Virus record (IMG/VR): IMGVR_UViG_3300015371_000021
Span: 1-64,000 of that record
Length of the DNA: 64,000 nucleotides
DNA from: a virus
Reading direction: 5' to 3' (one strand)
Positions 53,896 through 61,984 of this stretch are shown piece after piece. The position numbers were made by a program, and so were the translations under genes. Position 1 is the stretch's first letter, and every line of letters begins with the position of its first letter. The notes beneath the pieces were generated by a model that did no database searches, was not told the DNA's origin, and was given only the letters and a program-made list of their open reading frames with translations.

Positions 53896-54350
53896 GAGAC
53901 CCCGAGTGTGGTCTGCACCGTCTGCAGGTAGACGACAGTCACGATAGTCGTGCCCGCCGAAGTCGCGCCCGACGGTGTCGCGGTGATGTAGAGCGTTGCG
54001 GTCGGCGTCGTGGTGCCGACGTTAGACATCGCGTTCAGCTGTGCCGCCGTCCAGGCCGGACGTTGTCGCGCCGTCGCGCTCTTCAGATCGACCGATCCCC
54101 CATACTGCGTGCCGGCAGCTGCGGTACCGATACTCAGCGTGGCCGAGGTGCCGCTGTTCCACGCGACAGTGCTATCGGAGATGATGTCGATGATCGCCGA
54201 TCCGCCAGGCACCACGATCGTATTGGTGACCGCCGTGGTGCTGTTCTGAACGAGCGTGGTTTGCTGCGCGAGAACGACACCGCCGAAGTCGGTGCCGATC
54301 TTACTGCCGACCTGTAGAGGACCGTTGAATGAAGTGCCAGGGCCGGGCAT
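53892..54350 (-). CDS. structural (decoration-like) protein
   Basis: TSFNGPLQVG N-terminus, directly after MCP. Confidence 0.7.
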   Translation of the reverse strand: MPGPGTSFNGPLQVGSKIGTDFGGVVLAQQTTLVQNSTTAVTNTIVVPGGSAIIDIISDSTVAWNSGTSATLSIGTAAAGTQYGGSVDLKSATARQRPAWTAAQLNAMSNVGTTTPTATLYITATPSGATSAGTTIVTVVYLQTVQTTLGVS

Positions 54351-54361
54351 CTAGGTTCTCC

Positions 54362-55270
54362 CTACGAAGTCGGAGTGCTGCCGAACACCGCACGTGGATT
54401 GGTGTAGGCAGTTCCATACCTCTCGTAGCCGACGCACAGCAGGTTGCCGGTCGTCGCATCCACCTGAATGTCCATTTCGTATGGCACGCGATCGAATACC
54501 CGCAGCCCCTTCACGTTGGTCATCACGAACCAAGCGAACTGGCTAGTCAGGAACTCGCTCACCACATAGCTCTCAGGCACCGCGCCCGAGGTGATGATCG
54601 CGCTCACATCGTTGTTCGCAGTGTTGGTGCGCAGTTCGGTTTTGAACAGACGCTCCGCAGCCCATGACAGGCCCACAGGCACCACGATCTTGCGCGCGCG
54701 CACCATAGCGAGCAGCCCAGCTTGGTCGGGCCACAAGCGAATAGTGTTCAGCGCACTTTCGACGCTCGCTTCGTTGAAGCCAAGCTGCGTGGTGAACGTG
54801 TTGGCATAGGTGCCGTTGTCGATCGGATGCGCCGTCGACAGCAACGCCACGCCATCCGCAACGATGCTGGAGTTGTATGTGGTCGCAGTGTTCAAGAGGT
54901 TGTGGACGTAGACCTCTTTGAACTGGCTGAAGGCTTCAGCCAAGCCCATGCTCGTCGGGCCGAACTGCTCTTTGTAGAGATTGTCATCCAGCAGTTCACG
55001 GGTCATCGCGAAGCCGAGACCCACGTTGATCATGTTGGCGACGTAGGTAAAGCGCTGGCCGGACGCGTTGTCGAAGGTGGTTGCCGCACCTTCGCCCTTC
55101 AGCTGCGGCAGGCCGATGTAGCGCATCTCGTCGATACGCTCCATTGCCATCTTCGACGTACTGACCGCCGCCCATTCCTTATAGCGCGTGGGCAGTTGTG
55201 GATACTTGCCCTCGATGTCCGCCAGACCAGGAAGTAGACCGTCGCGGAAACTTGCTCTGTTGATCGGCAT
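54362..55270 (-). CDS. major capsid protein
   Basis: INRA...LLPGL, K.EG....FD, LGFAMT.E..DDNLY, DGVALLS.AHP, ERY....NPR..FGS. Confidence 0.85.
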   Translation of the reverse strand: MPINRASFRDGLLPGLADIEGKYPQLPTRYKEWAAVSTSKMAMERIDEMRYIGLPQLKGEGAATTFDNASGQRFTYVANMINVGLGFAMTRELLDDNLYKEQFGPTSMGLAEAFSQFKEVYVHNLLNTATTYNSSIVADGVALLSTAHPIDNGTYANTFTTQLGFNEASVESALNTIRLWPDQAGLLAMVRARKIVVPVGLSWAAERLFKTELRTNTANNDVSAIITSGAVPESYVVSEFLTSQFAWFVMTNVKGLRVFDRVPYEMDIQVDATTGNLLCVGYERYGTAYTNPRAVFGSTPTS

Positions 55271-55285
55271 TGCCCCCGCTCCCCG

Positions 55286-55921
55286 TTATGCCTGACCGAC
55301 GCGAGTGCGCAGGTCGTGCGTGTTCATCACCACCGCGAGCCACTGGTTGTCGTTGGTCGCGACGTAACCAGGCGCGATGCAGGGGGCGTTGGCCGAGAAT
55401 CCAGGGGTCAGACCGACGATGCCGACCAGACGGAACGGCAGCGTCGACGTGGTTGAGCCGCTGGCGGCATCGAGCGCGCAGACACTGAGCCCAGAGCCGG
55501 TGACGGGCGCGCCGGAGGTGCCGGTGTAGATATCGAAGTTCTTGCCGATCGAGGAAACGGTCAGCGCAGTGCCACGTCCTTGGACGTAGAACACCGCCTG
55601 CGGGTCGGCGATCACCTTGACCTCGACGATCGTGGCGGAGTTTAGCCCCGACGGTTGCAGCCACGCCGGCCGGTAGCGGCCCGACATAATGTTATTCGGG
55701 TCGAAATATTCGACGCCGAGAGCAATGCCATCGATCGAGGTGCCGCCGTTGGCGACGGTTTTCACGTAGCCGTCGGTCGACAGGTACACCGGATCGCCGA
55801 AAGCGACGTTGGAGGCGTAGTTGTAGGTGAGTTGCCGGTATTCCAGCGCGTAGTTCGGAGGACTGGACCCCCACTGACGCGTATGATGGAACCCGCTGGG
55901 TGCTAGGGTGTTAGCGGCCAC
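55286..55921 (-). CDS. capsid-associated protein
   Basis: AAGGAG RBS, GTG start, ANT.APSGF motif; immediately upstream of MCP. Confidence 0.75.
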   Translation of the reverse strand: MAANTLAPSGFHHTRQWGSSPPNYALEYRQLTYNYASNVAFGDPVYLSTDGYVKTVANGGTSIDGIALGVEYFDPNNIMSGRYRPAWLQPSGLNSATIVEVKVIADPQAVFYVQGRGTALTVSSIGKNFDIYTGTSGAPVTGSGLSVCALDAASGSTTSTLPFRLVGIVGLTPGFSANAPCIAPGYVATNDNQWLAVVMNTHDLRTRVGQA

Positions 55922-55948
55922 GGGCGCGCCACTCCTTGCTTCGCAGCA

Positions 55949-56366
55949 CCCCGGCCGGAGCACAGTTCTCCCGGCCGGGGACGCACGGTTTCAGGGATGG
56001 CTGGGACGCCCAGCTGCAGACCGACGACGGGCCGGCCTGGTCTCCTTGCCTGCGCTCTACGTCAGGACGTCCAACGGAGCGCGCGACAACGGCCCGGACG
56101 TTAGGCGCGAGTAATGGCCCGCGTCAATGTGCAGAAGCGCACAGCTGGGGCACGGCTCGATGCTTCGAGAAATCTACAAATCTGGAGCCGCGGGAAATAT
56201 GTCAGGGTAAATTAGCCGTCGTTCACCAGAAGTTCGGCTTTTCCCGGGCAGCGGCTCCTGATAATGAAGCCATGCTGCCCGGCCGGTTCCTACCGGGTAG
56301 TGATAGCGAAACTTGGCCGGCGCTGACGTCGTGTGAAGCGAAGCCCCGAACGCCTTAGCGCCGGCC
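55949..56366. other. non-coding region with several strong hairpins
   Basis: ccccggccgg/ccggccgggg; gctggg/cccagc; ccgggcagc/gctgcccgg; ggccggcgct/agcgccggcc. Confidence 0.55.
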
Positions 56367-56384
56367 GCCCTTTTATGCCCATGT

Positions 56385-57134
56385 TTGCTACAAGACAAAC
56401 GATACCTGCACGCGATAGAAGCGCGCATGTCAGATGACCTCATTCCGCTAACCGATCAGGGCCGCAACAACGCCGAGCTGGGCGAAACCGTGCGGCGCCT
56501 ATCCGAACAGGCGACCTGGAAGGACAGCCGTACTGTCATTGTCAGCCCCTGCGGCACGTCCGTGCCAATGCGGACGGTAGCCGCCTGGACCTCGTTGCAG
56601 AGACCGCCCAACTCGGCCTGCGCGCGGCTGTTCACCCAGAATCTGGAGGTCGGCCAAGCTTACACCCAGATGGTCGAGGACATCCTGGGCAGTCCAACGC
56701 TACGTGATCTGCCGTTCATGTGCACCGCCGAGCACGACAACCTGCCACCGCCGCGCGGGCTAATCGATCTGATCGGCCAGCTGCACAACCACCCAGAGTT
56801 ATCCGCAGTCTCCGGACTATACTTTCTCAAGAGCAGGGATGGATTTGCGCACATCTACGGCGAGCCAGGCCAGGACCATCTCCGCCCAATGCTGCCAGAC
56901 CCGAACGGCGGACTGGTCGAATGCCGCGCCATTGCCATGGGGTTTGCCGTTTTCCGGCTCGATATGTTCCGTGACGACCGGCTACGGCGCCCATGGTTTC
57001 TCAGCGGACAGCACCCAGTCGGCACCCAAGACCTATATTTCTGGGACGACGCAGCAAGGTTCGGCTACCGCTGCGCGGTCGACTGCAGTGTCCGGGTTGG
57101 GCACTTAGATGTGGACAGCGGGATAGTTTGGTAA
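56385..57134 (+). CDS. GT-A fold glycosyltransferase-like protein
   Basis: TAEHDNLPP, VSGLYF, AMGFAVFR..MF..RPWF, QDLYF..A..GY...D.SV.VGH. Confidence 0.65.
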   Translation: MLQDKRYLHAIEARMSDDLIPLTDQGRNNAELGETVRRLSEQATWKDSRTVIVSPCGTSVPMRTVAAWTSLQRPPNSACARLFTQNLEVGQAYTQMVEDILGSPTLRDLPFMCTAEHDNLPPPRGLIDLIGQLHNHPELSAVSGLYFLKSRDGFAHIYGEPGQDHLRPMLPDPNGGLVECRAIAMGFAVFRLDMFRDDRLRRPWFLSGQHPVGTQDLYFWDDAARFGYRCAVDCSVRVGHLDVDSGIVW

Positions 57135-57150
57135 TGATGATCCGCGTAAC

Positions 57151-58521
57151 ATGATCAGCGTTCTGCACGGTGACTGCCGCGATCTGCTGCCGACGATGGA
57201 GGCGGACACCTTCGACGCTATCGTAACTGATCCGCCCTACCATCTAAACAGCATTGTTAAGCGGTTTGGCAGTACCACTAGCGAAACGCCTGGAAAGGTA
57301 GTTGAACGAATTAACGCCCGAGCAGACGGCTATGCCCGTGTTGCTCGTGGCTTCATGGGTAAACAATGGGACGGTGGCGACGTAGCCTTCCGTCCCGAGA
57401 CATGGGCCGAGGTGTTTCGTGTTCTTAAGCCCGGCGGCTATCTCGTAGCATGCGGTGGCACACGCACGTATCACCGCATGGTCTGCGCAATTGAGGACGC
57501 CGGTTTCATAATCCACCCAATGCTGGTCTGGGCCTTTGGGCAGGGATTCCCGAAAGCTACGAATTTGTCAAAAATGTTCGACCGAGTGGCTGGTGCTGAG
57601 CGGGAAGTTGTTGGGCAGCGTGATCGCTACCTAGACGGCAAAGTTCGGAAGAACTTGGGGCCAGCCAATAATTGGCATGGTGGTGCGACATTCAGCACGA
57701 ATGGTGTTGCCGATATAACCGCCCCAGCCACGCCAGAGGCCCAGCAATGGGACGGCTGGTTCTACGGGGGTCAGGCGCTTAAGCCGAGCTTGGAGCCAAT
57801 TTGCGTAGCACAGCGTCGGCCTGAGGGCCGTATGGTTGATAATGTGCGGAAGTATGGTACTGGGGCGATCAACATTGCGGCGTGTCGGGTTGCTGCGCCC
57901 GATGCCCCAGAGGAAGCACGAATCAGCCATGGCGCCGGTAGTCGCTATGTTGGTGTGCTGAACGGCGGCGCTGTCAGCGAAGCCGAGCCGCGCACAACCA
58001 CCGCAAGCCAAGCCGGCCGTTGGCCGCCTAATTTATTGCACGACGGCAGCAAGGAACTGGAAGCGGCGTTCGCGGCGTTTGGGGAGAGGCCCGGCGCTGT
58101 TAGCAACGGGCGCAAAACTGGCGGCGACGAATATTTCAGCGGCAAAGGTCCGCAGCCGCAGACTCCCGGACGTGCCGACTCCGGTAGCGCATCCCGATTC
58201 TTCCAACGCTGCGAGTTCACGCCCGACGAATTGCGTATGTTCTACTCGCCTAAGGCTGGTGGCGCAGATCGTGCCGACAGCAAGCACCCCACAATCAAGC
58301 CTGTGTCGCTACTGCGCTGGTTGGTGCGGCTGATCACGCCGCCCGGCGGCCACATACTAGATCCATTCGCCGGCAGCGGCACGACCGCCGAGGCAGCCAT
58401 GCTCGAAGGTTTCGGCTGCACGCTGATCGAGCGTGAGGCTGAGCATGTCGCTGACATTCAGCATCGCATAAAGCGCTGGCGTGGCGATGACATGCCGCTA
58501 TTCACTGCCGAAGGCTTATGA
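57151..58521 (+). CDS. DNA N4-cytosine/N6-adenine methyltransferase
   Basis: TDPPY, HPTIKP, LDPFAGSGTT motifs (beta order). Confidence 0.92.
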   Translation: MISVLHGDCRDLLPTMEADTFDAIVTDPPYHLNSIVKRFGSTTSETPGKVVERINARADGYARVARGFMGKQWDGGDVAFRPETWAEVFRVLKPGGYLVACGGTRTYHRMVCAIEDAGFIIHPMLVWAFGQGFPKATNLSKMFDRVAGAEREVVGQRDRYLDGKVRKNLGPANNWHGGATFSTNGVADITAPATPEAQQWDGWFYGGQALKPSLEPICVAQRRPEGRMVDNVRKYGTGAINIAACRVAAPDAPEEARISHGAGSRYVGVLNGGAVSEAEPRTTTASQAGRWPPNLLHDGSKELEAAFAAFGERPGAVSNGRKTGGDEYFSGKGPQPQTPGRADSGSASRFFQRCEFTPDELRMFYSPKAGGADRADSKHPTIKPVSLLRWLVRLITPPGGHILDPFAGSGTTAEAAMLEGFGCTLIEREAEHVADIQHRIKRWRGDDMPLFTAEGL

Positions 58522-58677
58522 TTATATACGCGTGTCATGGCTTGACTAATGCCACACTTTCGCTGTATACACAATCGCCATGATAGATGATGACCTGACC
58601 GTCACCGAGCGGCTAACCGCGCGCATGACTGAGTTCGCTGCACTGTTCCGCCGCAAGCCAGAGATCGATGAGCAATC

Positions 58678-58938
58678 CTATGTGGCGGCGTCGGGTTCCT
58701 CGGGGGGTGCGTCGCCAGCAGCCGCCTGTAGCGCCTTAAGGATACGATGCAACTGGCGACACACTTCGTCCTGCTCCAATAGACTACGCCGGCCCGGCTG
58801 CTCCAGCCGATCAATCTCAGCGACGATCTGGTCGCGTAGCGCCTGACTGCCCCGCATGGCCGCGATCGCCCGCTCGCGCCGGTTGGCCACCCAATCCGCT
58901 ATCAGCGCGTTAAGGCCAGGACTGCTACTGCCGGTCAT
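58678..58938 (-). CDS. hypothetical protein
   Basis: ORF following the head genes. Confidence 0.5.
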   Translation of the reverse strand: MTGSSSPGLNALIADWVANRRERAIAAMRGSQALRDQIVAEIDRLEQPGRRSLLEQDEVCRQLHRILKALQAAAGDAPPEEPDAAT

Positions 58939-58946
58939 TCAACCCA

Positions 58947-59432
58947 TCATCCTTCGACCACATCGTCATTGGCCGCCACGGTGACCGGACTACGCTCGCG
59001 CCTGACACCACCACGGCGCCCGCCAAGATGCCGGGCCTCCAGGCCGAGCCGCGCGATCTGGCTCTCTAGCGGGTCCATCGCAGCGTGCCGGTCCAACGCC
59101 AACATCTGCTGATACCATTCAGTGGGTATTTGCATGAGCATCTGATCGCCACGGATGATCGGCGCGCTCGCTTCCTCTTTGGCGCGGCGCTGACCTACCA
59201 ATTCAGGATGACGACCGGACGGCACCGGCTCCCAGCCGTTCAGTTCGGCCTGCACGATGGCCTCCGTCCACTCCATGCCGGCAACCTTCAGCACCTTCCA
59301 CTCATAAGTATAGCCCGGCGGCTTTTTGCTCTCGTCGAGATCAAAGCGGCTAAGCGCATTGAATATCTTCTGTCGCTGGGGTAGCCGCTGCTCCTGCCGC
59401 TGCTGACCCAAGCGAACGTTGTTATCTGCCAT
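58947..59432 (-). CDS. head-module hypothetical protein
   Basis: PPGYTYEWK...GWEPVP..RHPEL...LM.IP motif common upstream of such capsid genes. Confidence 0.7.
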   Translation of the reverse strand: MADNNVRLGQQRQEQRLPQRQKIFNALSRFDLDESKKPPGYTYEWKVLKVAGMEWTEAIVQAELNGWEPVPSGRHPELVGQRRAKEEASAPIIRGDQMLMQIPTEWYQQMLALDRHAAMDPLESQIARLGLEARHLGGRRGGVRRERSPVTVAANDDVVEG

Positions 59433-60325
59433 TATATCCTCCCCGCTGCGCGCATCGCTTCTTTGTTCTTGAAGTAGTGCTCATAGCGCTCGGCCGGGTT
59501 TTGGATGTAGTTGATCGCCGTATTGGGATCACCGTACATCGCATCAGCGATCTCGCGCTCTGTGGCCGTCAGTTCGACCCGCCCCCTCCCGGCCGGCGCG
59601 GCTCCTGGTGCTGAGCGTCGCGTCGGCGCCAGGTCGGCAGACGGGCGGCGGGCCGGTGGCTCGTCTGCATCATAACCGTTACCGGATTGGCTCTGAGACG
59701 CCTGACGAGTCTCGCCCATGATCTCCTCGATGCGGCGGAGATATCCTTCTGAGCCACGCTCGTGATCCATGTTTGCTATCGAGGAGGCGCGAATGACGCG
59801 CTCGCGATAACTCGGGTCAGTACGAAACCGTGGCCGGCTCGCGACCCACTCGCGTTCGCTCGGCAGCAGCTGCGCGTCGATATCATCCGATGGACGCTGC
59901 TGCGGTGCAGCAAATTGCGGCTTGTTGCTCTCCAGATACGCCTTACGTTGCTGCCACTGCGTCTCTGCTGCGGCAGCACGCGTCAACATCACGTGAGCTT
60001 CGGCTGCCCTGGCGTGCTCGCCCTGCTCCATGGCGTTTTGATACGCCGCCTTAGCCGCGCCGATCGTGTCAGTCAGCGACGATAGCTGCGAATTAGCCGC
60101 AGCCAACTCAGCGTTGTAGCGCTGCTCCGCCTCACTGACGACGCGGATTTGTGCTTCATCGCGCTCTCGCTCAGCAGATCGAAAACGGCTCCGGTAGTCG
60201 TCGCGTTCGCGTTCCAGGCTGGTGTTGCGGCTGCGTGACTCAGCCAACATACGAGCCAGGTCCTCTTGAGTAACCTGACCGTCATCCACTGGCTCAGAGA
60301 CGTTCTGAGCCGGAAGATCAGACAT
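59432..60325 (-). CDS. putative scaffolding protein
   Basis: Coiled-coil, C-terminal V.LT..EREIA motif; located between portal and MCP. Confidence 0.65.
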   Translation of the reverse strand: MSDLPAQNVSEPVDDGQVTQEDLARMLAESRSRNTSLERERDDYRSRFRSAERERDEAQIRVVSEAEQRYNAELAAANSQLSSLTDTIGAAKAAYQNAMEQGEHARAAEAHVMLTRAAAAETQWQQRKAYLESNKPQFAAPQQRPSDDIDAQLLPSEREWVASRPRFRTDPSYRERVIRASSIANMDHERGSEGYLRRIEEIMGETRQASQSQSGNGYDADEPPARRPSADLAPTRRSAPGAAPAGRGRVELTATEREIADAMYGDPNTAINYIQNPAERYEHYFKNKEAMRAAGRI

Positions 60326-60357
60326 TTTTCACTCCCCTACCGGGACGCCCGGTGCGG

Positions 60358-60795
60358 TTACCAAATCGCGTCAAAGGTTTCGTCGGGCACGATTGCCTCG
60401 ACGTAGATGTCCTGTACGAAGCGCGCACGTCGCCCTCCAGGCAGGTCGAACGGCGATGTGTTGTTGGTCTCAAACATCACCCAGTCGAACAGCTTAGGGA
60501 GCTTGTCGCCCCAATGGTGATTGTCATCGTCTTGGAACGCCAAAGGCCCCTTGGCCACAAGCAACCCAACGCGGCCTTGCCATTTATCCTCTCCCAACAC
60601 GCCCGTCCGCACGTCCGGCACAATGATGCCACCAGCCGTGCGGGCGTCTTCTTTGTCCTTCTGCTTACCGCGCTCGTAGACCACCACCAGGATGCGAGCA
60701 CCCATCGGCTGGAAACCATCGAGCAGGTCTTTAACGTCATCCCAGATGACGTCCTTGGGATTGTCCGTGTGTAGAACGCGAATAGGGGTGGGCAT
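60358..60795 (-). CDS. GroES-like co-chaperonin
   Basis: QPMGARILV...RTAGGIIVPD...G..VAKGP..F..DWVMF. Confidence 0.8.
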   Translation of the reverse strand: MPTPIRVLHTDNPKDVIWDDVKDLLDGFQPMGARILVVVYERGKQKDKEDARTAGGIIVPDVRTGVLGEDKWQGRVGLLVAKGPLAFQDDDNHHWGDKLPKLFDWVMFETNNTSPFDLPGGRRARFVQDIYVEAIVPDETFDAIW

Positions 60796-60989
60796 CAGGC
60801 GGCCTCTTGTGGCTGTGGCTTATCGAATTCTGCGATAACCCAATCGAACGCCGTAATGTAACCCCTAAGATAATGCAAAGCCTCCAGGTTGTTCGCCCGT
60901 AACAGCCCGGCATACGCGTCGGCTCTTTGCTGCTCGATCGCCCGTCGCACCTCCCGCAACTCATCAGTGCCGATGATATGCAGCGTCAT
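60795..60989 (-). CDS. hypothetical protein
   Basis: Y..LRGYI..F motif, commonly upstream of phage GroES-like genes. Confidence 0.6.
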   Translation of the reverse strand: MTLHIIGTDELREVRRAIEQQRADAYAGLLRANNLEALHYLRGYITAFDWVIAEFDKPQPQEAA

Positions 60990-61651
60990 GCGATACGCTT
61001 CCGCTTGGGCTTGAAGCCGCCCTCGCCATATTCCTCCATCTTCTCAAGGCGCCCCGGCCCCGAGCCAGCACCGCCCTCCATCTTAACTATCCCGCCACCC
61101 CGCGCCCGCATCATCCCCGGCGGCGCGGCCCCAGGCGGCAACATCGGCGGCCGTTGCAAAGCCGCGGGCGGGGGGCCAGCCATCGGCCCGCCCGGAGGCA
61201 TCGGCCCCCCAGGCGGTAGTCCGGGCGGGCCAGCACCAGGGGGCATCCCACCCATCGGGCTAGCCCCAGGCGGCATACCGCCAGGAGGCGCCCCAGGCGC
61301 CATCGGCGGCCGCGGCGCTCCCATCATCGGTGGCCGAACAGGCATCGGCGGCGCACCGCCTCCACCCTGTGGAGCGACGATCACGTTGACCTTGGTATGA
61401 CGCGGCCCGCGCGACTTGGCCTTGCCGCCGCGGGCGCGACCAACGTGGTGCTTGCCAGACTCACCATCGACCATACCGCCCGAGGCAAGCTTGGTTTTCG
61501 GCTCGCCTTTGTGCAGGTGGCTTTCGTGCTTGTGCACCGCCATCCCGCCGATGGCACCACCACGAGCAAATCCCGCGTTGCCGGTGCGCGAGATCAGCGA
61601 ACTCGCCTTACCACGACGGTCGCTGCACTCAGATGCATAGGGATGTGCCAT
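60986..61651 (-). CDS. Pro/Gly-rich basic protein with xAxGG motifs
   Basis: FARGG, LASGG, RARGG x2, GGAGSGPGRLEK. Confidence 0.7.
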   Translation of the reverse strand: MAHPYASECSDRRGKASSLISRTGNAGFARGGAIGGMAVHKHESHLHKGEPKTKLASGGMVDGESGKHHVGRARGGKAKSRGPRHTKVNVIVAPQGGGGAPPMPVRPPMMGAPRPPMAPGAPPGGMPPGASPMGGMPPGAGPPGLPPGGPMPPGGPMAGPPPAALQRPPMLPPGAAPPGMMRARGGGIVKMEGGAGSGPGRLEKMEEYGEGGFKPKRKRIA

Positions 61652-61827
61652 TACAACAAATCCTTCTCGACGTTGTTCTTCGTCTCACGCGGCGCGGGGG
61701 GCTCTTTGACTGGCATCTTCGGCGCGTGGTCCTTCACGTCGCTGACCTTTCCGTAGCCCGTCCGTCGCACCACTGCCTCCGCCTCAGATTGGCGCTTAGC
61801 GTGGCTATCGAGATATGGATGGGTCAT
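61651..61827 (-). CDS. hypothetical protein
   Basis: MTHPYL..., TAATG coupling. Confidence 0.55.
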   Translation of the reverse strand: MTHPYLDSHAKRQSEAEAVVRRTGYGKVSDVKDHAPKMPVKEPPAPRETKNNVEKDLL

Positions 61828-61982
61828 TGGAGTTGCTGCCTCATCGCTGCATTCTGTTCGGTAAGCTGTTGCGCCGTGGCTTTCTCGGGCAACTGAGGCG
61901 GCAGGGACAGGCCACGTCCCGTCATCTGCATGCGCAGAAAGTAGTTCTCTTTCTGCAGCCGCCGCTCCTCGGTCTCTGACAT
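61824..61982 (-). CDS. hypothetical protein
   Basis: MSETEERRLQKEN..., RBS in the portal end, ATGA overlap. Confidence 0.5.
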   Translation of the reverse strand: MSETEERRLQKENYFLRMQMTGRGLSLPPQLPEKATAQQLTEQNAAMRQQLQ

Positions 61983-61984
61983 CG

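Noticed and set aside
22716-55240. Numerous plus-strand ORFs across the late region
   Set aside because: Antisense shadows of GC-rich minus-strand genes, with no RBS or recognisable motifs.
60358-60795. GroES without GroEL as a novelty
   Set aside because: Stand-alone phage co-chaperonins are well known (T4 gp31-type logic).
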